From Opitutales bacterium (lineage in GTDB: Bacteria; Verrucomicrobiota; Verrucomicrobiia; Opitutales; UBA2987), in assembly GCA_965226885.1 (NCBI GenBank), contig CBDDEL010000015.1:64001-128000 (forward strand): a stretch of DNA of 64,000 nucleotides, in the 5' to 3' direction. Positions 9,491 to 20,587 of the stretch are shown piece by piece. Under the pieces are notes generated by a model. It was not told the DNA's origin. It saw only the letters and a list, made by a program, of their open reading frames with translations, and did not search any database. The position numbers were made by a program, and so were the translations under genes. Numbering within the stretch: the first letter of the stretch is position 1; each line of letters opens with the position of its first letter.

Positions 9491-10798
9491 ATGTTTCCAC
9501 AGGATATCATTAGAAAAAAACGGGACGGGGGCGCCCTTAGCCGGGAGGAAATCGAAATTTTTATCGATGGCGTTGTTCATCAGGGTTTTGCGGATTATCA
9601 GGCCTCAGCGCTTCTTATGGCCATATTCCTGAATGGCATGACGGCCCGGGAAACGGCTTGGTTGACCGCTGCCATGATGAACTCCGGTGAGGTCGTCGAC
9701 CTCAGTCAGATCGACCGGCCCAAGGCCGACAAGCACTCCACCGGCGGAGTGGGTGATAAAGTATCCCTTATTTTGGCCCCCCTGGCCGCTTCGGCGGGAC
9801 TCTGCGTTCCCATGATAAGCGGGCGGGGTCTGGGTCACACAGGAGGAACCCTGGATAAACTCGAAGCCATTCCGGGATTCAATGTGAATCTCGGCATCCC
9901 GGAATTCAAACGCCTTCTGTCGGAAATCGGCGTGGCCATGATCGGGCAAACGGAAAATCTGGTTCCGGCGGATCGGAAGCTTTACGCCCTTCGCGATGTT
10001 ACGGCCACCGTTTCCAGCATTCCTCTCATTTGCGGCAGCATCATGAGCAAAAAACTGGCCGAGGGGACCGATTCGCTCGTTCTCGACGTCAAGTTCGGGG
10101 CCGGGGCCTTTATGAAAACCGCGGAGGCGGCTCGGGAACTGGCCCAGAGCATGGTGGACATCGGCAAAGAGATGAACCGCAACACGGTGGCGCTGCTGAC
10201 CGCCATGAACCAGCCTCTGGGTCGCAAATGCGGCAATGCTTTGGAAGTTATGGAATCCATCGAGTGTCTTCAGGGTGAGGGGCCCGACGACCTTATGGAG
10301 GTGACTTTGGCGCTTACATCTCAAATGATGGTTTGCGGCGGTTTATCCTCAAGCCGGGAGGAGGCCGAAGCGATTTTGAGGGGGAAAATAGAATCCGGCC
10401 AGGCGCTGGAATTTTTTTTGAAAATGGTAAAGGCCCAAGGTGGCGACCCACGCGTAGTTGACGATTTTACGATTTTGCCTTCCGCCTCCGATATTGTGGA
10501 CATACGCTGCCAAGGGGAAGGCGGTTTTGTGAGCGAAGTGCACGCCCTCAAAATCGGCCATGCCCTCATGATTTTGGGGGCGGGGCGGGAATGTGTCGAT
10601 TCGGTTCTCGATTTGGCGGTGGGCATCAGTGATTTGGTCAAAGTCGGCCAGGCAATTGAGGCCGGGGATATTCTGTGTCGTTTGCATTTCAACAAACCGG
10701 AGAGCCGGGAGCCCGCAGAGAGGCTGATTCGGGAGGCCATCAAAGTGCAATCGGCCCCCCCCCAGCCGGAAAAACTTATTCTCGATTTTATTTCCTGA
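9491..10798 (+). CDS. pdp: Pyrimidine-nucleoside/thymidine phosphorylase
   Basis: IIRKKRDG, DKHSTGGVGDK, SGRGLGHTGGTLDKLE, SIMSKK, LDVKFGAGAF. Confidence 0.96.
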   Translation: MFPQDIIRKKRDGGALSREEIEIFIDGVVHQGFADYQASALLMAIFLNGMTARETAWLTAAMMNSGEVVDLSQIDRPKADKHSTGGVGDKVSLILAPLAASAGLCVPMISGRGLGHTGGTLDKLEAIPGFNVNLGIPEFKRLLSEIGVAMIGQTENLVPADRKLYALRDVTATVSSIPLICGSIMSKKLAEGTDSLVLDVKFGAGAFMKTAEAARELAQSMVDIGKEMNRNTVALLTAMNQPLGRKCGNALEVMESIECLQGEGPDDLMEVTLALTSQMMVCGGLSSSREEAEAILRGKIESGQALEFFLKMVKAQGGDPRVVDDFTILPSASDIVDIRCQGEGGFVSEVHALKIGHALMILGAGRECVDSVLDLAVGISDLVKVGQAIEAGDILCRLHFNKPESREPAERLIREAIKVQSAPPQPEKLILDFIS

Positions 10799-10819
10799 AC
10801 CTGAGCAGAGGACATTCAC

Positions 10820-11635
10820 ATGCAGTCAGCCATCGAATTTATTCAATCGAAAATTAACGATTTCAGGCCATCAACCGGTCTGGTTCTGGGCTCCGGCCTG
10901 GGTTTTTTTGCGGATGACCGCGTGAAAGAAACCATCGTTATTCCCTACGGGGAAATCCCCAACTTTCCCCGTTCCACGGTGGCGGGGCACAAGGGCCAAT
11001 TCGTTTTCGGCCAGGTGGGCGGCCATAAGGTGGTCTGTATGCAGGGGCGTTTCCATTATTACGAAGGCTATCCCATGAGCGAGTTGATCAAGCCGATTCG
11101 CATTATGGCCAAGCTTGGAGTAAAGACGCTGATCGTTACCAATGCGGCGGGGGGCATCAATCGCAGTTTTGACGAAGGCACCCTCATGCTGATTACCGAC
11201 CACATCAATTTTCTGGGCGACAATCCTCTTATCGGACCTAATGATGATTCCCTGGGAACTCGTTTTCCCGATATGTCCACCGCTTACGATCCAGAACTGA
11301 GGGCGCGGGCAGAGGCGGTTGCGGGCGAGCTTGGCATTGCCGTGGCCAAGGGCGTTTATTTGGCTGCGACCGGTCCTTCTTATGAAACTCCGGCCGAAAT
11401 CCGGGCTTTCGAAACCCTGGGAGCGGACGCCGTCGGCATGTCCACCGTGCCTGAATGCATTGCCGCCAACCATGCCGGACTGAAGGTGTGCGGCATCTCC
11501 TGCATCACCAACAAGGCGGCAGGCATTTCCAGTAAACCCCTTTCACATGACGAAGTGGCCGAAGTGGCCGGACGGGTGAGGAACCAGTTCGCCGATTTGC
11601 TGGAACATTTGATTCCCGCCTTCAATGCCTCCTGA
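10820..11635 (+). CDS. punA: Purine-nucleoside phosphorylase (trimeric PNP type)
   Basis: VLGSGLG, STVAGHKG, MQGRFHYYEG, TNAAGG, GPSYETPAE, VGMSTVPE, SHDEV. Confidence 0.95.
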   Translation: MQSAIEFIQSKINDFRPSTGLVLGSGLGFFADDRVKETIVIPYGEIPNFPRSTVAGHKGQFVFGQVGGHKVVCMQGRFHYYEGYPMSELIKPIRIMAKLGVKTLIVTNAAGGINRSFDEGTLMLITDHINFLGDNPLIGPNDDSLGTRFPDMSTAYDPELRARAEAVAGELGIAVAKGVYLAATGPSYETPAEIRAFETLGADAVGMSTVPECIAANHAGLKVCGISCITNKAAGISSKPLSHDEVAEVAGRVRNQFADLLEHLIPAFNAS

Positions 11636-11650
11636 TCGGACTTTTTAAAA

Positions 11651-13003
11651 ATGCCCTTAAGAACCATGGCCCGATTGATTACCCTGGATGAAAAGATTGG
11701 TCCTGGCACGGCCTTGGTGTGTGGCGTCCAGCATGTCCTCGCCATGTTTGTCGGTATTATCACGCCACCCCTCATTATTGGCGGGGCTCTTGGTCTCTCG
11801 AGAGCGGACGCCGCCTTTTTGGTCAGCATGGCGCTGTTTACGTCGGGCGTAACGACTTATGTTCAGGTGCGGCGTTTTGGAGGCATCGGTTCTGGATTGC
11901 TAAGTGTGCAGGGAACCAGTTTTACCTTTGTCCCCCTGGCCCTGGAAGCGGGCAGGGCGGGCGGCATATCCCTCATCCTCGGCCTGACCATGCTTTGCGC
12001 TCCCGTGGAAATCGTTTTAAGCCGCTTTATTGGGTTGATGCGTAAACTATTCCCGCCCGTGGTGACGGGCTCAGTTATCATGATCATCGGGTTCAGCCTG
12101 ATACGGGTCGGCATGTTCGATCTCGCTGGCGGAGTGGGGGCGGAAGATTTCGGTTCTTTTAAAAATATCGCCATGGGATTTTTTGTCATGGCGGTGATTT
12201 TGATTTTCAACATTTTCGGTAATGGGTTCCTGCGCATTATCTCGATTGCCCTGGGGCTGGTTACAGGCTACATTCTTGCCGCCCTGCTGGGCTGGATCGA
12301 TTTTACAGCCGTCCGGCAAGCGGAGCTTTTTACATTCCCCACGCCCCTTTATTTCGGGCTCGATTTCAATTTGATTTACCTGTTTCCGTGGATTGTGGGT
12401 TACGCCGTTACTTCCATCGAATCAATCGGCGACCTCACGGCCACCTCCACCGTTTCCAAGGAACCTGTCAAGGGCTCCGTTTACATCAAACGCTTAAAAG
12501 GAGGGGTGCTGGCCGATGGATTGGGCAGCATTTTTGCGGGATTCTTCAACGCCATGCCGAACACTACTTTTTCGCAAAACAACGGTGTCATCAAACTGAC
12601 CGGTGTGGCCTCCCGGCGGGTCGGACTGGTGGTGGCCCTTCTTCTTACCCTGCTAGGGCTGTTTCCACAAATCGCAGCTGTTATCAGCATTATGCCGAAG
12701 TCCGTTTTGGGGGGCGCCACCATCGTGTTATTTGCAACCGTCGCGGTGGCCGGTTTGCGACTGGTGATCACGGACGGTTTGACTGCTCGCAAAGAAATCA
12801 TCCTGACCATCACCCTGGCATTGGCCCTGGGAACGACCATGGTACCGGAAGCCTTTGCCGGAATGGATAGCTTTGGCGGAGGTAATGCGTTTCTACAGGG
12901 AGTTTTCGGTTCGGTAAAAATCGTCCTTCAATCCGGAGTCGCCGTAGCCGGAATCACTGCCACTGCACTTAATCTAGTACTCCCCAAAGAGAAAATCGAG
13001 TAA
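11651..13003 (+). CDS. NCS2-family nucleobase (xanthine/uracil) permease
   Basis: QH motif in TM1, ESIGD, NAT signature TFSQNNGVIKLTG, multiple TM segments. Confidence 0.93.
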   Translation: MPLRTMARLITLDEKIGPGTALVCGVQHVLAMFVGIITPPLIIGGALGLSRADAAFLVSMALFTSGVTTYVQVRRFGGIGSGLLSVQGTSFTFVPLALEAGRAGGISLILGLTMLCAPVEIVLSRFIGLMRKLFPPVVTGSVIMIIGFSLIRVGMFDLAGGVGAEDFGSFKNIAMGFFVMAVILIFNIFGNGFLRIISIALGLVTGYILAALLGWIDFTAVRQAELFTFPTPLYFGLDFNLIYLFPWIVGYAVTSIESIGDLTATSTVSKEPVKGSVYIKRLKGGVLADGLGSIFAGFFNAMPNTTFSQNNGVIKLTGVASRRVGLVVALLLTLLGLFPQIAAVISIMPKSVLGGATIVLFATVAVAGLRLVITDGLTARKEIILTITLALALGTTMVPEAFAGMDSFGGGNAFLQGVFGSVKIVLQSGVAVAGITATALNLVLPKEKIE

Positions 13004-13298
13004 TTGGACCGAAAATAAATATTGAAGATAAAGAAGTGCGAAAAATTCTGGACGCTACCACTGCTGGTGGCCAAATCGCTCCAAGCTATTGCGTCTCCCT
13101 GAGAGGCCACATTATATTCTTCAAATCATTACTGGCCGTTTAACTGGACAGTAGTTGGCGGATAACTCAAATTTGTCAGGTCAAGTTGTGGCTACTACAC
13201 TTGATTCATTAATTCAGATGATTTAATGACTTCACGGGGTCGTTCATTCCGGCATTCGTTTGGCGAGTGCGGCTGTTTTTTGGACTGCTAAATATTAT

Positions 13299-14270
13299 TC
13301 ATTTATTGGTTTGTCCGGAGTAATATTCTCCGGTGCAGGTGATACCGCATTGGGGCTCGTGGTCGTTGAGGATGAGGAGAGTCTTGAGGACGATGGGACC
13401 GGTTCCTTGGGCGATTTTGTCGCCTGCACCCATTTCCTCATCGCGTGTGAAGGGGCGGACGCCTTCGGCCGGGTTGGAGATGGCGTTCATAATTGCGAAA
13501 TGCATGCCGAGCTGGCGGGCGTAGATGGCCTCGGTGATGACGTTGTGGGTTACAAGATCGGCCCCGGCGGTGCGGTAGAATCGGATTTCGGCCGGTGTTT
13601 CGTAGCGGCTGGCATCTTCCTGCACGACGACCCCGGTATTGAATACGCGGCCGTTTTTATAGGAATCGACGGCTTGTTGGTAGAGGATGTCGCGGATGTC
13701 CGGGCAAAAGGGCGGGTTATACTTGGCCCGGACGCCCGGGCGCTGGATATTGGCGGCGACGAGCACGCTGGAGGGGCGCTCGAAATTGAAATTCAGGTAA
13801 TCGTCCGCGATGATGAGGTCGCCTATACGGTAGGTGGGCTGGATGCCGCCGCTGGTAGCTCCGCCGATGATATGCGTGACGCCGAGCTGGTGAAAGGCGG
13901 CGAACATGGTGACGAAATTCCCGCCGTCAGTGCGGCTCGCCTCGACATCTGGAAAACCGTGGTAGCGCACATAGTAGAAGGGGACGCCTTGGTAGCGCAT
14001 TTTGTAGATGGTCGGGCTGGTTCCGGCCCCGGTTTCGACGGTGAAACTCTTCTCTGTGGCGGCTTCTCCATCAGCAAAAAACTTGCCTACGTGCCTTCGG
14101 TCAATAGTGGAGCCGCCGATAACAGCGAGTTTAACTACCTCTTCATTTTCACTTTTACCTTCATGATGTGCAGCGGAAAGCATTGGCTGAAGGCCAAGGC
14201 CAAAACAGGCAACAGCGCAGAAGACGCAAATAAGGGCAAATTTCCAGGCGGCGGACATTTTTAGTTTCAT
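13299..14270 (-). CDS. MTAP-family nucleoside phosphorylase with N-terminal signal peptide
   Basis: LAVIGGS, RYHG, PPFCPDIR, RYETPAEIRFY, EAIYARQLG; GGAGG RBS 8 nt before ATG 14270; leader MKLKMSAAWKFALICVFCAVACFGLGLQPMLSA. Confidence 0.85.
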   Translation of the reverse strand: MKLKMSAAWKFALICVFCAVACFGLGLQPMLSAAHHEGKSENEEVVKLAVIGGSTIDRRHVGKFFADGEAATEKSFTVETGAGTSPTIYKMRYQGVPFYYVRYHGFPDVEASRTDGGNFVTMFAAFHQLGVTHIIGGATSGGIQPTYRIGDLIIADDYLNFNFERPSSVLVAANIQRPGVRAKYNPPFCPDIRDILYQQAVDSYKNGRVFNTGVVVQEDASRYETPAEIRFYRTAGADLVTHNVITEAIYARQLGMHFAIMNAISNPAEGVRPFTRDEEMGAGDKIAQGTGPIVLKTLLILNDHEPQCGITCTGEYYSGQTNK

Positions 14271-14467
14271 AATATTTACCTCCAAACGATCGTGTTGATA
14301 TTTGGTCAATTAAATTTGCAAGTAAAATACTGCTTAGTTTCTTTATCCGATTATCTTATCAAGTCAATGACCACACTGGAGGGTTGACTGAAGGACCATA
14401 CATTATTGGTTGAAACTTTTACCCGGCATCTCAATTCTTCGAGGATGCCCTTGATAGAAGAACCCTT

Positions 14468-15439
14468 TTGAGGCCCACAGAACCGGTATCCAGCTTGGAC
14501 ATTCTCATCATCAAACCGTCCTCACTAGGGGATATTGTGCATGGCTTGCAGGCGGCTCAGGCGATTCGCAGGCAGATGCCGGACTGCCGCATTTCCTGGG
14601 TGGTGCGGGAGGTCTTTTTCCCACTGGTGCGCTCCTGCCAGGCTGTCGATGAGTGTTTTTTGTTTTATCGCCATCGAGGAGTTGCCGGATTTGGCAAGCT
14701 CCTTTGGCAGATTCGACGGCAGCGGTTTGATGTTGTCTTGGAGATGCAAGGCTTGGCCCGTTCCGGTTTGATCGCTCTGGCCACTCACGCTGAGAGAAAG
14801 ATTAGGCGAACCGATGCCCGGGAATTGTCCGCCTTGGCCTGCAATGAACGCATCACCTTGCCCGAGGCCGGTAAAGAGGCCCATGCGGTGGAAATTCTGT
14901 TCCAGTTTCTTCCTGCCATCGGGTGCGAACCGGTTATCCACGGGCCGCTGGAATTTCGCCAGCCGGTGATTCGCAGCTTCGACCCGGAGGCGCTGGAGGG
15001 TGAACCGGTAGTGATTTTTTTAGAAAACCGCCGTGAGGAAAAACAATGGCCCTATTTCATGAGTCTGGTCGAAACTTTGACCGAGAAGTACCCGAAAATT
15101 CCGATTATTTTGGCCGGTTCTGAAACCATGCAGAACATGGGGGACTTGTCCGGTAATGAAAATTTGAACAATCTGATGGGCATTACGGCCATCGACGAAC
15201 TGATTCCCCTGATCTCGAAAGCGCGCCTCGTTATCGCCAATGACAGCGGACCGATGCACCTGGCGGCGGCTATTGGAACACCGGTCCTCGCTCTTTTCGG
15301 ACCAACCGACCCCAAACGTTTTGGTCCCTTCCCGCTCATCAAAGAGTCCAACCACATCCTCACGGCGCGAGGGGGCGATCTCTCAAAACTGACAGTCGAT
15401 GCGGTATTCGAGAAGGTCGAAACGATTTTGTCAGGTTGA
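14468..15439 (+). CDS. Glycosyltransferase family 9 (LPS heptosyltransferase-like)
   Basis: KPSSLGDIVH, MQGLARS, ANDSGPMHLAAA, LFGPT. Confidence 0.92.
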   Translation: MRPTEPVSSLDILIIKPSSLGDIVHGLQAAQAIRRQMPDCRISWVVREVFFPLVRSCQAVDECFLFYRHRGVAGFGKLLWQIRRQRFDVVLEMQGLARSGLIALATHAERKIRRTDARELSALACNERITLPEAGKEAHAVEILFQFLPAIGCEPVIHGPLEFRQPVIRSFDPEALEGEPVVIFLENRREEKQWPYFMSLVETLTEKYPKIPIILAGSETMQNMGDLSGNENLNNLMGITAIDELIPLISKARLVIANDSGPMHLAAAIGTPVLALFGPTDPKRFGPFPLIKESNHILTARGGDLSKLTVDAVFEKVETILSG

Positions 15440-15496
15440 GTATAAGTTAAGTGATTGATTTTTTAACCATATAGGCCCAAAAACTCTCCCTTTGCC

Positions 15497-16771
15497 ATGA
15501 TTGACCTGAAACTATTAAGAGAGCATCCTGAGCAAGTGCGCGAAGCGATGCGGGTAAAAAAATTTGCCTGTGATATCGACACTATTCTTGCGCTGGATGG
15601 GGAAAGGCGATCCATCGTGACCCGCGCGGAGGAGGCCCGCAGGAAGCAAAAGTCGGCCAGCTCGGAAGTGGCCGGACTGCCCAAGGGTTCCCCCGAATTC
15701 CTCGATAAAATCAGGCAAATGAAGGAATTGGCGGGCCAGGTTAAGGAATTACAGAAACAACAGCAGGAGGTGGATGAAAAATGGAAAAACCTTTTGCTGA
15801 CGGTTCCCAACATTCCCCACGAATCCGTCCCTGAGGGGAAAGATGAGCAGGGTAATCAGATTGTCAAAACCTGGGGCAGCCCGGCAGAAGTTTCCGCCCA
15901 CGCTCTTCCTCATTACGACCTGCCGTTTTTTCAAAAATACGTCGATTTGCCCGGTGGAGCCAAGGTGACGGGAGCGGGTTTCCCCTTTTTCATCGGGCCG
16001 ATGTCCCGATTGGTGAGGGCGCTTATCCGTTTTTTTCTGGAAGAGGCCACTGCCGCCGGTTATGTGGAAATCATGCCGCCCCTAATGGTCAATGCGGCCA
16101 GCGCCACCGCAACCTGCCAATTGCCTGACAAGGAAGGGCAAATGTATGAAATTCCCGATTCGGGTTTTTACCTCATTCCCACCGCCGAGGTGCCTGTAAC
16201 CAACCTCTACCGCGACACCACTTTCGATATCGCCGACTTGCCCAAAAACTGTGTGGCCTACACTCCCTGTTTCCGGCGCGAGGCGGGCAGTTATGGCAAA
16301 GAAGTCCGAGGGCTTAACCGGGTTCATCAATTCGACAAAGTGGAGTTAGTTAAATGGGTTGCACCGGAAAACAGTGAAGACGCACTGGAAGCACTGCGGG
16401 AAGACGCGGAGCGGCTTTTGCGTAAATTGGAGCTTCCTTACCGGCTCCTTCTTATGTGCGCTGGAGAAATTGGGTTTCCCCATGCCAAGCAGTACGATCT
16501 GGAAGTTTGGGCGGGCGGCCAAAAGAGGTGGCTGGAGGTTTCCAGTTGCAGCAATTTTACCGATTTCCAGGCCCGCCGGGCCAACATCCGATTTCGGGGG
16601 AGAGACGGGAAACCGCACCATGTGCACACCCTCAACGCCTCTGCCTTAGCGCTCCCACGGACCATCGCGGCCCTTCTCGAGAATAATGCGCAGGAGGATG
16701 GCCGGATTCGATTGCCGGAGGCCCTCATTCCCTATTACGGGGAGGAATATCTTGCCTGCCTGACTGACTGA
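15497..16771 (+). CDS. serS: Serine--tRNA ligase
   Basis: MIDLKLLR, VPNIPH, LIPTAEVP, CFRREAGSYG, RVHQFDKVE, EVSSCSN, HTLN. Confidence 0.98.
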   Translation: MIDLKLLREHPEQVREAMRVKKFACDIDTILALDGERRSIVTRAEEARRKQKSASSEVAGLPKGSPEFLDKIRQMKELAGQVKELQKQQQEVDEKWKNLLLTVPNIPHESVPEGKDEQGNQIVKTWGSPAEVSAHALPHYDLPFFQKYVDLPGGAKVTGAGFPFFIGPMSRLVRALIRFFLEEATAAGYVEIMPPLMVNAASATATCQLPDKEGQMYEIPDSGFYLIPTAEVPVTNLYRDTTFDIADLPKNCVAYTPCFRREAGSYGKEVRGLNRVHQFDKVELVKWVAPENSEDALEALREDAERLLRKLELPYRLLLMCAGEIGFPHAKQYDLEVWAGGQKRWLEVSSCSNFTDFQARRANIRFRGRDGKPHHVHTLNASALALPRTIAALLENNAQEDGRIRLPEALIPYYGEEYLACLTD

Positions 16772-16780
16772 TTGATCGAA

Positions 16781-18232
16781 ATGAAAAAGAGGGATTGGCC
16801 GGCGCTGGCCCAGGCCTTGGGTGAAGTTTTATTGCGAAACCGCCTGCACCCGACCGTTTTAGCCTGGCTTGAGCGGAAGGGCGCATCCACTCCCTGGGCA
16901 TTGGCCTGTTCGGGGGGGGCGGACTCATTGTGTATGGTTCTGCTGCTTTTCAACCATTTTTCCGATTACCGGAAAAACATGCACATTTTCCATTTCAATC
17001 ACCTGCTGCGGGGCTCGGAGTCGGATGAGGACGAGGCATTTGTCCGCGATCTAGCCGAGGGATTGGGGCTGAAATTTCACTCCGCAAGGTGGGACCATCC
17101 TCCTCAAAATGCCTCCGGGGCTGGGCCTGCGCGGGAGACCAGATTTCAATTTTTTAGCGATGCCATGACGAAAATCGGCTCCGAAATTCTTTTTTTGGGG
17201 CACCAGTTGGAGGATGTGGCCGAATCGATTTTGCTCAGGGTAGGACGGGGCAGTGGCGCAGGCGGCCTGGCTGCCCCGCGCCCGGCGCACACATTTCGAA
17301 GCGGAAAAGTCCACCTTCGCCCCCTCCTGAAGGTGGAGAAAAAGGAAATCACCGAGGCATTGACAAAGGCGGGCATCAAGTGGAGGGAAGATGTCTCCAA
17401 CCGGAGCGGAAAATACACCCGCAACCGCCTCCGCCGGGACGTTTTACCAGCCTGGCAGGAAGCCATACCTCAGGATGTTTTGGAGGGCGCCGCCCGAGTT
17501 CGCGCCCTTGCCGAGGAGGACGAAGTAGCTCTCAATCAATGGTTGGAATCCCTACTTCCGGGGGGAAAAAAGAGGGAGGAACTCGATCTCCGTTCCCTCT
17601 TCGGAATGCCGTCTGCCCTATGGCGGCGAGCCTTCCACAATTTTTTGATAATCAATAGCTTGGAGAAAACCTTCAGCGGCCCGGAAATCGATCGCTGGGT
17701 TGCCGACCTGGCCCTAAACCGAGATAAAAGTTCCAGCGCTGGAAAAACGGGCTTCATTGAATATCGAGAGGGCCGACTTCTTTTTTTCAACCGGCCCAAG
17801 ACCAAACCCGATTGGCCGCCGGTGCGAATTCCTGTCGGAGCGACGCTGTTTTGGCCGGATTCGGGTATATTAAGCATCGAAACCCTCTCTATTTCTTTGA
17901 AACAACGAAAAGCCATCCTGGGCGGAAAAATTGATCAACGTAGCCAGGCTTGCCTGGAGGCTGGGGACGGTAAAATGACCCACCTACAGGTTCGCCGCTG
18001 GGAAAAGGGTGATCGTTACCAGCCCTTGGGCGCTCCCGGAAGGCGAAAATTGCAGGATTTGTTCACCGATCGGAAAATACTTGCTTTGGAACGAAAAAAC
18101 CTTCCCGTTGTCTGCGATGATCAGGGTGATATTCTTTGGGTTCCCGGGCTGCCGCCCGCCGATGCCTTTAAAATTACCGAGAATACCGTTCTTTCTATAA
18201 GATTGACTTATGCAAAGCCATCCACAGCCTGA
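16781..18232 (+). CDS. tilS: tRNA(Ile)-lysidine synthase
   Basis: PP-loop ACSGGADS, HFNHLLRG, RPLL, RNRLR, C-terminal RRKLQDLF; upstream of ftsH. Confidence 0.95.
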   Translation: MKKRDWPALAQALGEVLLRNRLHPTVLAWLERKGASTPWALACSGGADSLCMVLLLFNHFSDYRKNMHIFHFNHLLRGSESDEDEAFVRDLAEGLGLKFHSARWDHPPQNASGAGPARETRFQFFSDAMTKIGSEILFLGHQLEDVAESILLRVGRGSGAGGLAAPRPAHTFRSGKVHLRPLLKVEKKEITEALTKAGIKWREDVSNRSGKYTRNRLRRDVLPAWQEAIPQDVLEGAARVRALAEEDEVALNQWLESLLPGGKKREELDLRSLFGMPSALWRRAFHNFLIINSLEKTFSGPEIDRWVADLALNRDKSSSAGKTGFIEYREGRLLFFNRPKTKPDWPPVRIPVGATLFWPDSGILSIETLSISLKQRKAILGGKIDQRSQACLEAGDGKMTHLQVRRWEKGDRYQPLGAPGRRKLQDLFTDRKILALERKNLPVVCDDQGDILWVPGLPPADAFKITENTVLSIRLTYAKPSTA

Positions 18233-18248
18233 ATAGGCAGAAATACGA

Positions 18249-20255
18249 ATGTCAGATAATAAAAAACAACCATCCGGCTCCTCGCCGCAACGCAGTTCCG
18301 CCACGGATCGTTTTAAACCGGTCTTCATCTGGCTTGTGCTCATCGGAGCCCTTTTGAGCTTCTGGTATTTTGGCGACACCCAACCCCGGTCCACCAATGA
18401 CTGGACGATCAAAGATGTCCTGCGGGCAGCCGAGGACGGGCGGATCGCCAAGGGCACGATCAAGTCCGTACCCACCGGGGGCCTGCAATGGACGGAGATC
18501 CGGGTGGTGTTGCAGGAAACCTCCTCCGGCCAGGAGCAGGTCTATGTGGCCAGGGGACGTTTGACGGACGACAACCTGCAGCGTTTGCAGGAAACCGGGC
18601 TTTTCCGGGAAGTTCCTGCCAGCACCTTAATGACGGAAATCCTGGTTACCCTTTTGCCCTTCATCGTCATAATCGGGGTGCTTTATTATCTCTTCACCCG
18701 GCAGTTGCGCATGGCTGGGCGCGGCGCCATGAGCTTTGGCAAAAGCAGGGCCAAAATGCTTACCCGTGAACGTGAAAAAGTGAGATTCAAGGATGTGGCC
18801 GGTTGCGAGGAGGCCAAGGAGGAAGTGTCGGAAATCGTCGAATTCCTCAAAGATCCCAAAAAATTTCAAAAAATCGGAGGGCGCATTCCCAAGGGTGTTT
18901 TGCTGGTCGGCTCCCCCGGAACAGGCAAAACCTTGGTGGCCCGCGCCGTGGCCGGGGAGGCCGAAGTGCCCTTTTTCAGCATCAGCGGTTCGGATTTCGT
19001 GGAAATGTTTGTCGGCGTGGGAGCGGCCCGCGTGCGCGACATGTTCGAGCAAGGGCGTAAAAATGCGCCCTGTATCATCTTTATCGACGAGATCGACGCC
19101 GTGGGACGCACGCGCGGGGCCGGCCTCGGCGGGGGTAACGACGAGCGGGAACAGACCCTTAATTCCCTGCTGGTGGAAATGGATGGCTTCGATTCGCACG
19201 AAGGCGTCATCATCATTGCCGCCACCAACCGGCCGGACGTGCTCGACAATGCCTTGCTGCGTCCCGGACGGTTTGACCGGCAGATTGTCATCGACCTGCC
19301 AGACCTCATCGGGCGGGAGGCCATTCTCAAAGTCCACGCCAAAAAGATCCAAATTTCGGCCGAGGTGGATTTCAATATCATAGCCCGTAACACACCCGGC
19401 TCATCCGGCGCAGACCTGGCCAACCTGCTCAACGAGGCCGCTTTGCTGGCGGCCCGCTACGGCAAGAAGGAGGTCGATATGAGCGACCTGGACGAGGCTC
19501 GCGAAAAAAACCTCTACGGCCGGGAACGCCGTCGGTTGATGGACGACGAGGACAAAAAGATTACGGCTTATCACGAGGCCGGCCACGCCCTCGTGCAGGC
19601 GGTTGTTGACGACGGGCACCTACCCATCCACAAGGTCACCATCATACCGCGTGGGCAAAGTTTGGGCAGCACCATGTTCATGCCCAAAAAAGACATTCTT
19701 AACCATGCCCGTAAGCGCCTCATCAACCAGATCTGCTGCGCCATGGGCGGCCGGGTGGCCGAGGATATTATTTTTGACGACATTACCAGCGGGGCCGCCT
19801 CCGATATCCGCATGGCCACCAAGTTGGCCCGCCACATGGTTTGCGATTGGGGCATGAGCGATCTGGGGCCGGTGGCTTTCGGGGAGAACCAGGATCATAT
19901 ATTCCTGGGTAAGGAAATTGCCCGCAGCCAAAATTACAGCGAAAAGACCGCCCTGGAAATCGACAACGCGATGAGGAAAATCATCGATGGCCAATACGAG
20001 CGCGCCCTGAGCATTGTGAAGGAAAAGAAGGAGGCGTTGGATACCATCGCCGAGGCATTGCTGGAGTACGAAACGATCGAGGGGAAGCATGTGCACGAAA
20101 TCCTCGAAGAAGGGAAAATCATTTCCCCGATAACCAGTAATATTGTGGTCGAAGAAGAAAAAGAAGAGGAGTCTCAGGAGCTACCCAAGGCCGAAGAAAA
20201 ATCTCAGGGAGAGGAACTGGGCCCTGGCCCCGAACCGGCCGGCATGCCCGCCTGA
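18249..20255 (+). CDS. ftsH: ATP-dependent zinc metalloprotease FtsH
   Basis: Two TM segments, Walker [29 protein letters not shown]. Confidence 0.98.
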   Translation: MSDNKKQPSGSSPQRSSATDRFKPVFIWLVLIGALLSFWYFGDTQPRSTNDWTIKDVLRAAEDGRIAKGTIKSVPTGGLQWTEIRVVLQETSSGQEQVYVARGRLTDDNLQRLQETGLFREVPASTLMTEILVTLLPFIVIIGVLYYLFTRQLRMAGRGAMSFGKSRAKMLTREREKVRFKDVAGCEEAKEEVSEIVEFLKDPKKFQKIGGRIPKGVLLVGSPGTGKTLVARAVAGEAEVPFFSISGSDFVEMFVGVGAARVRDMFEQGRKNAPCIIFIDEIDAVGRTRGAGLGGGNDEREQTLNSLLVEMDGFDSHEGVIIIAATNRPDVLDNALLRPGRFDRQIVIDLPDLIGREAILKVHAKKIQISAEVDFNIIARNTPGSSGADLANLLNEAALLAARYGKKEVDMSDLDEAREKNLYGRERRRLMDDEDKKITAYHEAGHALVQAVVDDGHLPIHKVTIIPRGQSLGSTMFMPKKDILNHARKRLINQICCAMGGRVAEDIIFDDITSGAASDIRMATKLARHMVCDWGMSDLGPVAFGENQDHIFLGKEIARSQNYSEKTALEIDNAMRKIIDGQYERALSIVKEKKEALDTIAEALLEYETIEGKHVHEILEEGKIISPITSNIVVEEEKEEESQELPKAEEKSQGEELGPGPEPAGMPA

Positions 20256-20587
20256 ATTTAGGAAACGGCCCACTTTCCAAAATCCTGTCTTCCCTGCTGG
20301 GGGGGTGAGAAGTACTGATTATAATCGTCCCCTGTTCTCCCGTGTGAGATACACTCTCATTATTTTCCGGACGTTTTCGGCATTTTCTCGATCATGCCAT
20401 TTTTAATTCAGTTATTTTTTAAATCCTGGAAGACAATTTCAAGAGCTTTGGGAGATATCTGATGTTGTTTATGGGTAGAATCGAGAAAAACGTCGAAACT
20501 TCCTTCGCCAAGTAATTTCACACGATCTTTAACAATACCCTCATAACTCTTAAATCCGGTTCCACTGAAGCAGCAAGTATCAAATTC

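Noticed and set aside
13004..13298. Purine riboswitch or sRNA beside the salvage operon
   Set aside because: Lies between convergent 3' ends with no recognisable aptamer core; none seen upstream of deoB either.
13260..14264. 334-aa plus-strand ORF
   Set aside because: Antisense shadow of the MTAP-family gene; no recognisable motifs.
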